NCBI GenBank assembly: GCA_965222225.1
Contig: CBDCTK010000002.1
Coordinates: 960,001-1,024,000, forward strand
Length of the DNA stretch: 64,000 nt
Source of the DNA: Candidatus Poribacteria bacterium
GTDB taxonomy: Bacteria; Poribacteria; WGA-4E; JAJDTR01
Reading direction: 5' to 3'
The notes under the pieces were generated by a model that saw nothing but the letters and a program-made list of their open reading frames with translations, did not search any database and was not told the DNA's origin. Both the position numbers and the translations under genes were made by a program. Positions 30,644-40,735 of the stretch are shown piece by piece. Position 1 is the stretch's first letter; the number at the start of each line of letters is the position of its first letter.

Positions 30644-31026
30644 TTAATTGAACGTTGCACTGAAAAGGATACCGACGCTGTGCGTCGTGAGATTGAGTTC
30701 CTCTCCAGTTCGTAGATTCTTGTCAGGAAGAACGGTACTAGACAACTGTTCTGCAACACCAAGTCCCCAATTGTCACTCACCCACCACTCCTTACCAAGC
30801 GCTAGATTTATGCCAATACCATTATCCGATTCCAATTCCTCCCCTTCGGATTCAACAGTCCCCTTAGCGAGAGAAAATGACCGTGAATCGAATCCGTTCG
30901 GATCTGTCGCCAGTCCAGATCGGGTAGGGTTTGGCCGAACAAAAAGCGTCCCTGTGCGAACGATGGACCGGCGATTAGCACCACCGGCGCGACTGCTACT
31001 AGCATCTTGGTTAGCATCTTAGTCAT
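30644..31026 (-). pseudogene. Chimeric remnant: paralogous signal-peptide N-terminus joined to a beta-barrel C-terminus
   Basis: MTKMLTKMLVAV...GQTLPDLDWRQIRTD then, out of frame, LGKEWWVSDNWGLGVA...FSATFN. Confidence 0.6.
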
Positions 31027-31228
31027 CACACGTACTTCCTCCTTGATGATGATCGATAAAACACTCCACAACTAAGCCATGGTTTAGCAACTTTAACCGG
31101 CGAAAGGCGTTGGGTAAACAGTTGAATACTACTGGGGTGTCTCATACCCAATTAACCAGACTCGCACCGTTTTTCCCTCTCGTATTTCCAAAGAGGCGGC
31201 TCCTATATCCGCCCGCTCAATACTCTCA

Positions 31229-32861
31229 TCACGAACAGCGCGATTCACGCATTTCACTGTGAAGCCCCCTCCAGACGCAAACCGACATTCCCAATAGGAT
31301 AATGGCGAACGGGAGGCCAGCCGCGAGCGTGGCCGCCTGTAACGATTTTAGACCGCCGCCAAGCAGCAGCGCGATGGCGACCAGCCCCTCGACAGTACAC
31401 CAGAACACACGTTGCAGCACCGGAGTGTCAATCTTGCCGCCAGCTGCGATGAGGTCAATGATTAGGGGCCGGAGTCTGAGGAGGTAATGAAAAATACGAT
31501 TGTCAGAATTATCGCGACGGATGAAAGTAGTGTCATCATCGGAAATCTGTCAAACATTTTGAACAATGTAATTTCAAGATTCTGAGCTTCAACATTCTCG
31601 GCCACATCGGAATAACCGTCAACGAGATGCTGGTGGAGTGCAGTGCCGCCAAAGCCGCCGAACCACAATAAACATAACAACGTCGGCAAAAGGAGCACGA
31701 AGATTGTGAATTCTCGAACCGTGCGTCCTCTTGAAATGCGAGCAATGAATGGGCCAACGAACGGTGCCCAAGCAAGCCACCATGCCCAAGAGAACGTCGT
31801 CCAATCGTGCAAGAATCCGATATCTTCCCGCCCAATCCAGTTACTGAGTGGTACAATCATCGCTAGATAGCTACCAAACCCAGCCAACATACTGCGGAAA
31901 ATATAGCGCGTCGGGCCGAGGATGATAACAGTCAAGAGCAACAAAAACGCAAGAATTATGTTGAACTGGCTAAGACGCTTGATGCCCACATTAATACCGG
32001 TCAACACCGATGTCAGCGCGATGCACGTAATGACGACAATCAGCATTACCATGGTGGCGCTGGTCGCCGGAACATCAAACAGATAGTTCAGGCCGATGGT
32101 AATCTGTTGTACCCCCAAGCCGAGCGAGGTCGCAAGCCCAAACAACCCTGCGAATATGGCGAACGTATCAATGATATGGCCAGGCCATCCCCAGACGCGG
32201 TCTCCGATCAATGGATAGAACGCTGAGCGGATAGTGAGAGGTAGTTTCTTATTGTAGGCGAAAAACCCTAAAGCAAGTCCGCCATGCCGTAAATTGCCCA
32301 GCCGTGTAGACCCCAGTGGAAGATCGCAGCCGATATACCGACGGTGGCAGCTTCCTCCGTTCCGGCGGTAACCCCGAGCGGAGGGTTCTGCAAGTAATAC
32401 ATCGGTTCCGCCACACCGAAAAACAGTAGACCAATACCCACACCTGCCGAAAAGAGCATGGCAAACCAGGTTAAATTGGAGTACTCGGGTTTTGAATCCG
32501 CGCCCCCCAGGCGCACCTTGCCGAGCGGTGAGAACACCAAGTACAGAAAAAAGAGTAAGATTAGGTTGGCAGCGATCATGAAAAACCAATTAAGATTCGT
32601 TGTGAGCCAAGTGTAAGTGTCTCCGAAAACTTTCGTCGCACCTTCTTGAAAGACGAGTGCCCCAACGACAAATAGGGCGATGCCTATGCTGGACATCACG
32701 AACACCGGAGTTAGATAGATATCTAAACCGAATAACTTCCGGTACGTCGTGTCATCTGGCAGATATGGTTGATTTTCTTCTTCGCGCACTTTAAAAATTT
32801 TCCTTTGGCGATTAGTAGTTTGCCGCTTTCTTAGATTTTCCCTTGGCTTTTCCTTCTTCAA
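31229..32861 (-). pseudogene. BCCT-family transporter, frameshifted into three ORFs
   Basis: WFAMLFSAGVG, FHWGLHGW, WAWWLAWAPFVG, RISRGRTVREF, ITSSDSG spread over three ORFs. Confidence 0.88.
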
Positions 32862-33329
32862 ATGCGATCGCTCTCAGAATACTACACAGAGGAGAAGGGA
32901 AATGCTTAGAAATTGGGCTTTTGCACTGTTTGTTTTATTAGCCATGTTATCATGCGGAGAACCAGATTATCAAGAAGATTGGCTGGGTGAATGGTACGAA
33001 GAAACTAAGTGAGGCAATCACGAAGATTTGCATACACCCCAAGATTAGATGCGATCGCACTGCATGATAAACCCCTTGCAATAGATATGACAGAGTGATA
33101 CAATGACCTTGAAGGCATTGCGATTGTTGAACCGGTGGCAAGATAAACGAATCCCCGGCTGCCGTGGAGTTTGATTCATCTCCGATAGCCAAAGAAATAA
33201 CCGATTCACGAATAATCTGCCCACACTCCGGTTCTGCGGCTTCAGATATACGAACGGGACACTACGACTCTGTACAGCAACAGTTTGAGCATTAACACTT
33301 GACGCGGCCTCTTCACAAAGGAGTAATCG

Positions 33330-34232
33330 ATGGTATCAACAACAGATTGGGTAGCGCTAGAACCCGATATAGAGACGGTGTTCGCGCATGAAGAAGATCC
33401 GCTCCAAGCACTTGCTGTTGCCCGCATCCCCGGGGTTGTTCTGCGCGGCGCGTATAACCCGGATCATTGCACGGGATTAATCCGGAGATTTATTGAACGA
33501 GGGATGATGCGAGATCCGGAAAACCCGGATCCAGCCTTGGAAGAAAAATTCCAATTTAAGGGAGGGCCTGGCTCCAATTCTCGAATTGACATCGGTACGG
33601 GCATCGTAAATCGCACACGCGGTGGGCAGCGGATATCGGATAATGACGCTGAAAACAAGGAAGCTTTTCTGCAACACTCTGCCGCCACGCATGAGCTATT
33701 CAGCCATCTATTTGATGGGTTTGACAACCCGGTAGACACCCTCTACGATTCCCTATCCAGTTTGGCGGTTGACAAAGAGGTTAAAGTGGCTCGTGAGCCA
33801 GATGGACGTCTCTATGGTCCCGCAGTCTTCCGGATTCACTACACTGGCCACGGTTACGCTCCACACATCAACCATGTGAGTATCGTAGACAAGCTTTTCA
33901 ACTTCGATATTTCCCGTTTCCGCCATCAGTTTGCGGGCTTAATCTGTATACAGAACGCCACTGATGATGATAGATGTCCCCACGCAGCTATTGACCAATG
34001 TGTTTGGAGCCCTGAAGTGCAAGAGCACTTGTCTAACGGCACCTATTTCCAATACATGACGGAAAATAGAATTCCTCGGTGTCAGATTGAGGTGAATCCT
34101 GGAGATTTCTATCTTTTCAACAGTGGCTGTATTCACCAAGTGGTACCCGTAGAGGGCAAGACGCCCAGAACTGTCCTAGCGACTTTTATAGGCTACTCTG
34201 AGGATGACGACGAAATCTTCGTCTGGGCGTAA
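33330..34232 (+). CDS. 2OG-Fe(II) oxygenase-like protein
   Basis: PHINH, PGDFYLFNSGCIHQV, PRTVL; RBS AAGGAG. Confidence 0.65.
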   Translation: MVSTTDWVALEPDIETVFAHEEDPLQALAVARIPGVVLRGAYNPDHCTGLIRRFIERGMMRDPENPDPALEEKFQFKGGPGSNSRIDIGTGIVNRTRGGQRISDNDAENKEAFLQHSAATHELFSHLFDGFDNPVDTLYDSLSSLAVDKEVKVAREPDGRLYGPAVFRIHYTGHGYAPHINHVSIVDKLFNFDISRFRHQFAGLICIQNATDDDRCPHAAIDQCVWSPEVQEHLSNGTYFQYMTENRIPRCQIEVNPGDFYLFNSGCIHQVVPVEGKTPRTVLATFIGYSEDDDEIFVWA

Positions 34233-34700
34233 TCCTCTTGTCAGCGTTCAGAAGACGAAAGGGAAGAGAACTGAACTGAGTTCGCTTCTCCCGTTCCTTT
34301 CCCTCCTTCCCGTCCAAAGTCTATGCTAGATGCTTATCACTTCTCCAAACGCCACGGCACTATACTTTAAAACCTGTTTGAACATCCATCTTCTCTTATG
34401 AAAATAGCATTAATGCGAAGTTTGAATTTGTCTTGGGTAACACCTAAGTTTTCATGCCTCCTTGCCTATGACTTTACTGTCCACACTGCGCAGAAGCCAG
34501 TCATAGCAAGGGTTCTCACCCTTTTTTTGTGTCTACTGAAAACCCCAAGTTGGTATGAAAAGTATGAAAAGTATGAAATTTTCCAAGATTGACAAACGAC
34601 GTTCTCCAAGTCGCACCCAGGGTATTCAAACAGGTTCTTAAGAAATCGTACGCTGTTCCGACTTCCTTTTTGCCGGGAATGTGACTTTCCTGAAGATACC

Positions 34701-34869
34701 GTAATGGTCAGGCAGATGTGAGACATTCATAAGCTTTTTCCCGCAAGAGGGGAAATCTGCGATTTAATTATTGCAGATCGGCTTGGATTGCCAAATCCAA
34801 GCCTTGACCGATGAGATTGTCAATCCGCGGGAGTTGTATGGCGCGTAAACCATCTCGATGACTAATACA
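34701..34869 (+). mobile_element. Structured non-coding element, copy B
   Basis: Homologue of 9892-10057; flanked by CTTTCCTGAAGATACC (34685-34700) and TTTTCTTGAAGATACC (34870-34885). Confidence 0.75.
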
Positions 34870-34921
34870 TTTTCTTGAAGATACCTAAATTCCCGTCGAT
34901 CGTTAACCAAGAGGTGGCAAT

Positions 34922-36328
34922 TTGAGCAATGCAGACAGAACGAACGTTCTCTTTATTCTGAGTGACGACCAGGGGCCTTGGGCAGCGGGTTGCTACGGCA
35001 ATTCTGAAATACGCACTCCCAACATTGACCGCTTAGCTGAAACGGGGGTTAGGTTCACTAATTTTTTCGTTGCTTCTCCGGTCTGCTCGGCGAGTCGTGC
35101 CACGTTGTTGACAGGGCGTATTCCATCCCAGCACGGCGTCCACGATTGGATTCGGGATGGAAATGTCGGCCCTGACGCTACCCGCTACCTGGAGGGTGAG
35201 GTAGGGTATACAGACATCATGGCACGGCATGGTTGGACTTGTGGATTGTCCGGCAAGTGGCATTTGGGCGACAGCCAGATACCGCAACACGGCTTCACTG
35301 ATTGGTATGCCCATCAGTTGGGTGGCGGGCACTACCACAATGCGCCCATGGTAAAAAATGGTCAACTCCTGAACGAGCCGAGATACCTAACGGATGCTAT
35401 CACCGACGAAGGACTTGAGATACTGGACAGATACGCTGACCGTGGCCATCCGTTCTATTTGAGTGTCCATTACACTGCCCCCCACGATCCGTGGGTCAAT
35501 GAACACCCCCAATCTATTGTAGATTCCTATGACGATTGTCTATTCGAGACCTGTCCACAGGAGCCGCGCCATCCATGGGCTGGGATAGGTAGTCATATCT
35601 TCACGGACGACGCGCTGGGCAACCGAGAGGCACTGAAGGGTTACTTTGCTGCGGTGACAGCGATGGACCAAAACATCGGTCGTATCCTTGACAGACTAGA
35701 ACAGCTCGGTTTGCGCGATAATACGCTCGTTGTGCTCCTAAGCGATAACGGCTTTTCGTGCGGACATCACGGGTTTTGGGGAAAAGGGAACGGGACGATG
35801 CCGCGTAACATGTATGAGAACTCAATTAAAGTTCCCGCCATCTTCAGCCAGCCCGGACGTATCCCCCAAGGATATGTTCACGATTCAATGATTAGCTCCT
35901 ACGACTTCATGCCTACACTCCTGGACTATCTAGACTTGCCCGTACCGGTAGGACGCAACCTGCCCGGGAATAGCTTTTTGGCCGCGCTAGAAGGCAGGGC
36001 GTTCGATGGCCCCGAACAGGTGGTGGTCTACGACGAATACGGACCTGTACGCATGGTTCGGACTCCAGAGTGGAAATACACTTACCGGCATTCCCATGGT
36101 CCCCACGAGCTTTATCATCTTGTGACCGACCTTGATGAGCAAGATAATCTGGCAGAAGACGAGGCGCAAATCGACCGGATCGAGGAACTAGGCGGAATGT
36201 TGGACGACTGGTTTGCCCGGTATGTTGACCCGAGCCGGGATGGTCTGACCCAAGATGGGATGTCGCGGGGTCAAAGAGAGTACCTGCCTTATACACGTCC
36301 CGCTGGATTTACGATGTCGTCTGGATAG
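34922..36328 (+). CDS. Formylglycine-dependent sulfatase (Cys type)
   Basis: NVLFILSDDQG, CSASRATLLTGR (CxAxR variant), GKWHLG, SDNG. Confidence 0.93.
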   Translation: MSNADRTNVLFILSDDQGPWAAGCYGNSEIRTPNIDRLAETGVRFTNFFVASPVCSASRATLLTGRIPSQHGVHDWIRDGNVGPDATRYLEGEVGYTDIMARHGWTCGLSGKWHLGDSQIPQHGFTDWYAHQLGGGHYHNAPMVKNGQLLNEPRYLTDAITDEGLEILDRYADRGHPFYLSVHYTAPHDPWVNEHPQSIVDSYDDCLFETCPQEPRHPWAGIGSHIFTDDALGNREALKGYFAAVTAMDQNIGRILDRLEQLGLRDNTLVVLLSDNGFSCGHHGFWGKGNGTMPRNMYENSIKVPAIFSQPGRIPQGYVHDSMISSYDFMPTLLDYLDLPVPVGRNLPGNSFLAALEGRAFDGPEQVVVYDEYGPVRMVRTPEWKYTYRHSHGPHELYHLVTDLDEQDNLAEDEAQIDRIEELGGMLDDWFARYVDPSRDGLTQDGMSRGQREYLPYTRPAGFTMSSG

Positions 36329-36360
36329 AAAGCAGCAACTACTACCGCAGGGAAAGGGCA

Positions 36361-37161
36361 ATGGGAGAACGCTTAAAAGATAAGGTTGCAATCGTCACCG
36401 GTGCCGGGTCGATTGGTCCGGGTTGGGGGAATGGAAAAGCTACCGCTGTGCTCTTTGCGCGCGAAGGCGCCAAAGTTTTCGCTGTCGATATCAATCCAGC
36501 TGCGGCTGAAGAAACAAAGGCAATCATTAATGCGGAAGGTGGCAGATGTGCCATCAGCGCAACGGACGTCTCCAAGGCTTCCGATGTCAAGGCTATGGTG
36601 GAAATTTGCCTTGAAACTTACGGTCGCATAGACATTCTCCACAACAACGTCGGGATTGTTGAGGTCGGGGGGTGTGTTGAGGCAAGCGAGGAAAGTTGGA
36701 AACACGTCAATGATGTCAATCTCAAAAGCGTGTTCCTAACCTGTAAATTTGTGCTGCCGCATATGGAGACGCAGGGCGGAGGCACAATTGTTAACATCTC
36801 GTCCATTGCCTCCATACGTTGGCTGGGAGTACCCTATGTTTCTTACAGTGCAACCAAGGGAGGTATAAACCAGATAACCAAGAGCATTGCCATACAGTAC
36901 GCGAAGAAGAACATCCGCGCCAACGCCATTCTCCCCGGTTTCATGAACACGCCGATGGTGGCAGAAGGGCTTGCGGATGCGTATGCCGATGGCGATGTCG
37001 AAAAGATGATTGAGATTCGCGACAACCTTTGCCCTACCGGTAAAATGGGCGATGCCTGGGACGTGGCGTATGCCGCACTGTTTCTGGCGTCTGATGAATC
37101 GAAATATATCACGGGTACAGAGCTCGTTGTTGACGGCGGATTGACTTGCAAATGTGTCTAG
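36361..37161 (+). CDS. Short-chain dehydrogenase/reductase
   Basis: TGAGSIGPGWGNG, NNVG, YSATK. Confidence 0.92.
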   Translation: MGERLKDKVAIVTGAGSIGPGWGNGKATAVLFAREGAKVFAVDINPAAAEETKAIINAEGGRCAISATDVSKASDVKAMVEICLETYGRIDILHNNVGIVEVGGCVEASEESWKHVNDVNLKSVFLTCKFVLPHMETQGGGTIVNISSIASIRWLGVPYVSYSATKGGINQITKSIAIQYAKKNIRANAILPGFMNTPMVAEGLADAYADGDVEKMIEIRDNLCPTGKMGDAWDVAYAALFLASDESKYITGTELVVDGGLTCKCV

Positions 37162-37298
37162 GTTGAACTGAGTCCAGATATAATAGCCGGAATCACTGAT
37201 GTGGACTAATTTTGAAAATGTACGGAATAACAATCGTTCTTTGCTTCCTACAAAAGTCCAAAATAAGACTGTTCGAGCAAAAGGGTGAGACTATCTTT

Positions 37299-38054
37299 AT
37301 GAAAAAAGTCCTAATCACGGGAATGAGTGGCTTGGTGGGTGGCGTACTACGCGATCATCTGCAGAGCCGTTTTAAGTTGAGCGCGCTGAATCGCCGTAAT
37401 GTACCGGGTGTGCCATGCCATACCGCCAACATCGGTGATTTAGACGCAATTCAGCCTGCATTCGAAGGCATTGACGCGGTGGTTCACATGGCTGCATTTG
37501 CGAGGTCGGGTGAAACTTGGGATGCGATTCTCAATGACAACATCATCGGTACGTACAATGTTTTTGAAGCCTCGCTTCGCGCAGGCGTCAAGCGAATCGT
37601 GTTCGCCAGTAGCGGGATGGTAGTTGCAGGCTGGGAAAGCGTGATGCCGTTCAAAGCGTTAGCCGAAGGTCGCTACGAAGAAGCGCCGGAAACGTGGGAG
37701 AAGTTGACGCACCAGTCTCCCGTTTGGCCCAGAGACTTGTACGGTTGCAGTAAAGTCTTTGGCGAAGCGCTAGGACGCCACTACGCGGATACAACCAACC
37801 TTTCCATCCTCTGTCTGCGGATGGGAAATGTGGTTCAGGAAGACAGGCCGTCTAAGCCCCGCCAATATGCAATCTACTGTAGCAAAGTTGACATTGCCCG
37901 AATTGTCGAGTGTTGTCTTGATGCGCCTGCCAATCTCAAGTATGACATCTTCTACGCTCTGTCGAACAACCGTTGGGGTTACCGCGATCTTGAGCACGCT
38001 CGTGAAGTCATCGGCTACGTACCCGCGAGCGCCGCAGAAGACTATCGAGAATAG
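37299..38054 (+). CDS. NAD-dependent epimerase/dehydratase (uronate dehydrogenase-like)
   Basis: ITGMSGLVG, FASS, YGCSK. Confidence 0.85.
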   Translation: MKKVLITGMSGLVGGVLRDHLQSRFKLSALNRRNVPGVPCHTANIGDLDAIQPAFEGIDAVVHMAAFARSGETWDAILNDNIIGTYNVFEASLRAGVKRIVFASSGMVVAGWESVMPFKALAEGRYEEAPETWEKLTHQSPVWPRDLYGCSKVFGEALGRHYADTTNLSILCLRMGNVVQEDRPSKPRQYAIYCSKVDIARIVECCLDAPANLKYDIFYALSNNRWGYRDLEHAREVIGYVPASAAEDYRE

Positions 38055-38125
38055 CGGTAATAAGGTTGTGGAAGCCTTCAAGACGGTGACTCATTGTAGT
38101 GCCTTCTGTTCCAAACGAACAACGT

Positions 38126-38419
38126 ATGAATCAACCTCCTAAATCCTTTGTGCTTGTACGAGTAAGACGATTTCTTTCGTTTGCGACCGCATGTTTCGAG
38201 AAGGTAGGACTGGAACGGGAGCACGCAGTCGCTGGCGATCCGCTTGCTGGTCAACAACGATCTGCGCGGCGAGGGTATGACCGCACATTACTTCCCGGTG
38301 CCGTTGAGGAAGAATTGTTTGAATTGCACCGACGCGAGGGCATTCGGTATGGAGAACCGGAGCAAGCCGACTTGAGGCGAGTTAGCAATCGCTTGGGAAT
38401 TCCGCTGCCGTGGGAGTAA
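38126..38419 (+). pseudogene. Ldh_2 (type 2 malate/L-lactate dehydrogenase family) remnant with large internal deletion
   Basis: Alternate frame gives RLLVNNDLRG (38241-38270, family DLRGxxSHG start) abutting the C-terminal GYDRTLLPG...LGIPLPWE. Confidence 0.65.
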
Positions 38420-38494
38420 CTCAGTGACGGTAGCTAGCAGCCAGAAATCTGTTGAAAATTGATTCTTTCTAGACACTATTCACAGGAGACTGTT

Positions 38495-39784
38495 ATGAAG
38501 ATTATTCTGTTCGGATTGTTCGTTTTCTCTTACATTGCTTCGTCGACATTTGCGGATGATTGGCCTCAGTGGCGCGGAATCAACCGAGATGGGGTATGGA
38601 ACGAAACCGGCATCATTGACAAATTCAATGCGCCCGAAGTGAACATTCGATGGCGTGTACCCGTGTCAAGTGGCTACAGTGGTCCAACGGTCGCAGACGG
38701 GCGTGTATTCGTGACCGATCGCGTCGCAGCCCCCAAGCAGATTGAGCGAGTACACTGCTTCAACGCGGAATCCGGCGACAAGATTTGGTCTATTTCCTAC
38801 GACTGTGAATACAGAAATGTCGGTTATGTGGCTGGACCACGGGCTTCCGTCACCGTGCACGACGGACTTGCCTATGCGCTCGGAACGATGGGGCATCTTT
38901 ACTGCTTAAACGCCGCCAACGGCGATCTGCGCTGGAAAAGGAACCTTAACACCGAATACAACATACAGATGCCTGTTTGGGGCATCGCTAGCGCGCCCCT
39001 CATTGAAAACGACCTTCTGATTGTCCAGGTCGGTGGGTCGCCTGGCGCGTGCATCGTTGCGTTTGATCGCAAAACCGGAGAAGAAAGGTGGAAAGCTTTG
39101 GATGATCGCGCTTCTTATGCTGCGCCCATCGTGATTGATCAGGCAGGTAAACGTGTGCTCGTTTGCTGGACAGGCGATAATGTGGTTGGTCTTAACCCAC
39201 AAAGTGGTGAGTTATACTGGCTACACCCGTTTCCGCCGAAAGGCGTAATCCTCGCCGTCGCAACCCCGGTGCTTTACAAAGACCGGATGTTCATGGCTGG
39301 TTTCTTTGAGGGTTCGCTGATGCTCAAAGTCGACTCTGAGCGTTTAGCGATTGAAGAAATGTGGTGGCGGAGGGGAGCTGACGAAAAAAATACTGATGGC
39401 ATTCATCCTATCATTTCGACCCCAATTATTCTGGATGATTATATTTATGGGGTTGACAGCTATGGCGAGTTGCGTTGTTTGGATGCTCGTACTGGCGACC
39501 GAATTTGGGAAGATCTCTCAGCGGTTCCAAAGGCGCGCTGGAGCACAATTCACTTCATCAAGAACGCGGAGCGAGTTTGGATGTTCAACGAACGTGGAGA
39601 GTTGCTTATCACGAGTTTGTCACCAGACGGGTTAAACATCATCAGTCGAGCGCAACTGATTGAACCTACTCGTGACCAACTGAACCAGCGTGGGGGAGTA
39701 TGTTGGACACACCCGGCATTCGCCGCCAAGCATGTATTTGTGCGGAATGATAAAGAACTGATTTGCGCCAGTTTGGCACAGTAA
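38495..39784 (+). CDS. Secreted PQQ-like beta-propeller repeat protein
   Basis: Signal peptide, DWPQWRG, GYSGP, repeated xDxxTGxxxW. Confidence 0.88.
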   Translation: MKIILFGLFVFSYIASSTFADDWPQWRGINRDGVWNETGIIDKFNAPEVNIRWRVPVSSGYSGPTVADGRVFVTDRVAAPKQIERVHCFNAESGDKIWSISYDCEYRNVGYVAGPRASVTVHDGLAYALGTMGHLYCLNAANGDLRWKRNLNTEYNIQMPVWGIASAPLIENDLLIVQVGGSPGACIVAFDRKTGEERWKALDDRASYAAPIVIDQAGKRVLVCWTGDNVVGLNPQSGELYWLHPFPPKGVILAVATPVLYKDRMFMAGFFEGSLMLKVDSERLAIEEMWWRRGADEKNTDGIHPIISTPIILDDYIYGVDSYGELRCLDARTGDRIWEDLSAVPKARWSTIHFIKNAERVWMFNERGELLITSLSPDGLNIISRAQLIEPTRDQLNQRGGVCWTHPAFAAKHVFVRNDKELICASLAQ

Positions 39785-40097
39785 TTCAGGTCATGATAGG
39801 CGTTACGACCTTAGATCAATTAGCAATTCCCGGCTTGGTTACTGTTTTTTTGAGGCGGACGGTTGTTAGTATGCATTGGCAGTATGGATGAGATTTGCGT
39901 TAATTTCAATTGAAAATGGAGAACTAGACTTGTAATTTTCGTTTTTCCTATAGAGGATTTTGCGGGAATTCGGGCTATGCGGGAATTTCGCGCCGTCAAT
40001 CACTGAAAACCACTGGCTGAGTCAGTTTATCTTCTACTTAAAATAGCATCTACCAAGAACCATCATCGTCGTTATTGTAGCCGCTCCCTCGTCCGCC

Positions 40098-40343
40098 CTA
40101 CCGACGGGGTCGAGCTTCGTCTACTCTCAACGCTCTCCCCATAAATTCTTGCCCGTCCAGCCCAGAAATTGCAGCTTGGGCCTCTGAAGCGTCGGGCATT
40201 TCGACGAACCCAAAACCCCTAGATCTACCACTGTAACTGTCCATGATAATTTTCGCGGATTCGACCCGACCATGCTGTTCAAAAACTTCACGCAAGTCTT
40301 CGTCCGTCGCATCAAATGATAAATTGCCGACGTAAATATTCAT
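40098..40343 (-). CDS. RRM-domain RNA-binding protein
   Basis: RNP2 IYVGNL, RNP1 RGFGFVEM. Confidence 0.95.
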   Translation of the reverse strand: MNIYVGNLSFDATDEDLREVFEQHGRVESAKIIMDSYSGRSRGFGFVEMPDASEAQAAISGLDGQEFMGRALRVDEARPRR

Positions 40344-40735
40344 GGAAGTCTCCTCTTGTAGTCACCTCTGTGTGAAAAAACTGGTCGGTTTCTATTCCCG
40401 TGTGATTGTTAAATGCTTGCAACGCTATGCTGCTCAAGGTCCTAGACCGTGCGTCTTGACCTGTGATGGCCTCCGTTGAATCGAGTATCAGGTTTAACCT
40501 CAAACTGCATCTTAGCATCGTGCAAAACTAGTCGTGTTCGGTTAGATAGACACATCTCATGAACAAACAAAGTGCTCGTAATTGTATTGCGTGCAGGGCT
40601 TTGCACCTCATGCTATAAGTCTGATTATAGGCACCCCTTAAACTGATGTCAACGGGAATCGCTGTAATCTTTTGCATTTGACTTTGATTCAGTAAAGCCG
40701 GTATGATGCGACGCAAAAAGGAAAATTGCCTTATC

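Noticed and set aside
32950-33192. 80-aa minus-strand ORF
   Set aside because: No RBS or recognisable motif
40098-40100. Pyrrolysine or genome-wide TAG recoding
   Set aside because: TAG ends many normal genes here at expected positions, and no pyl genes are visible
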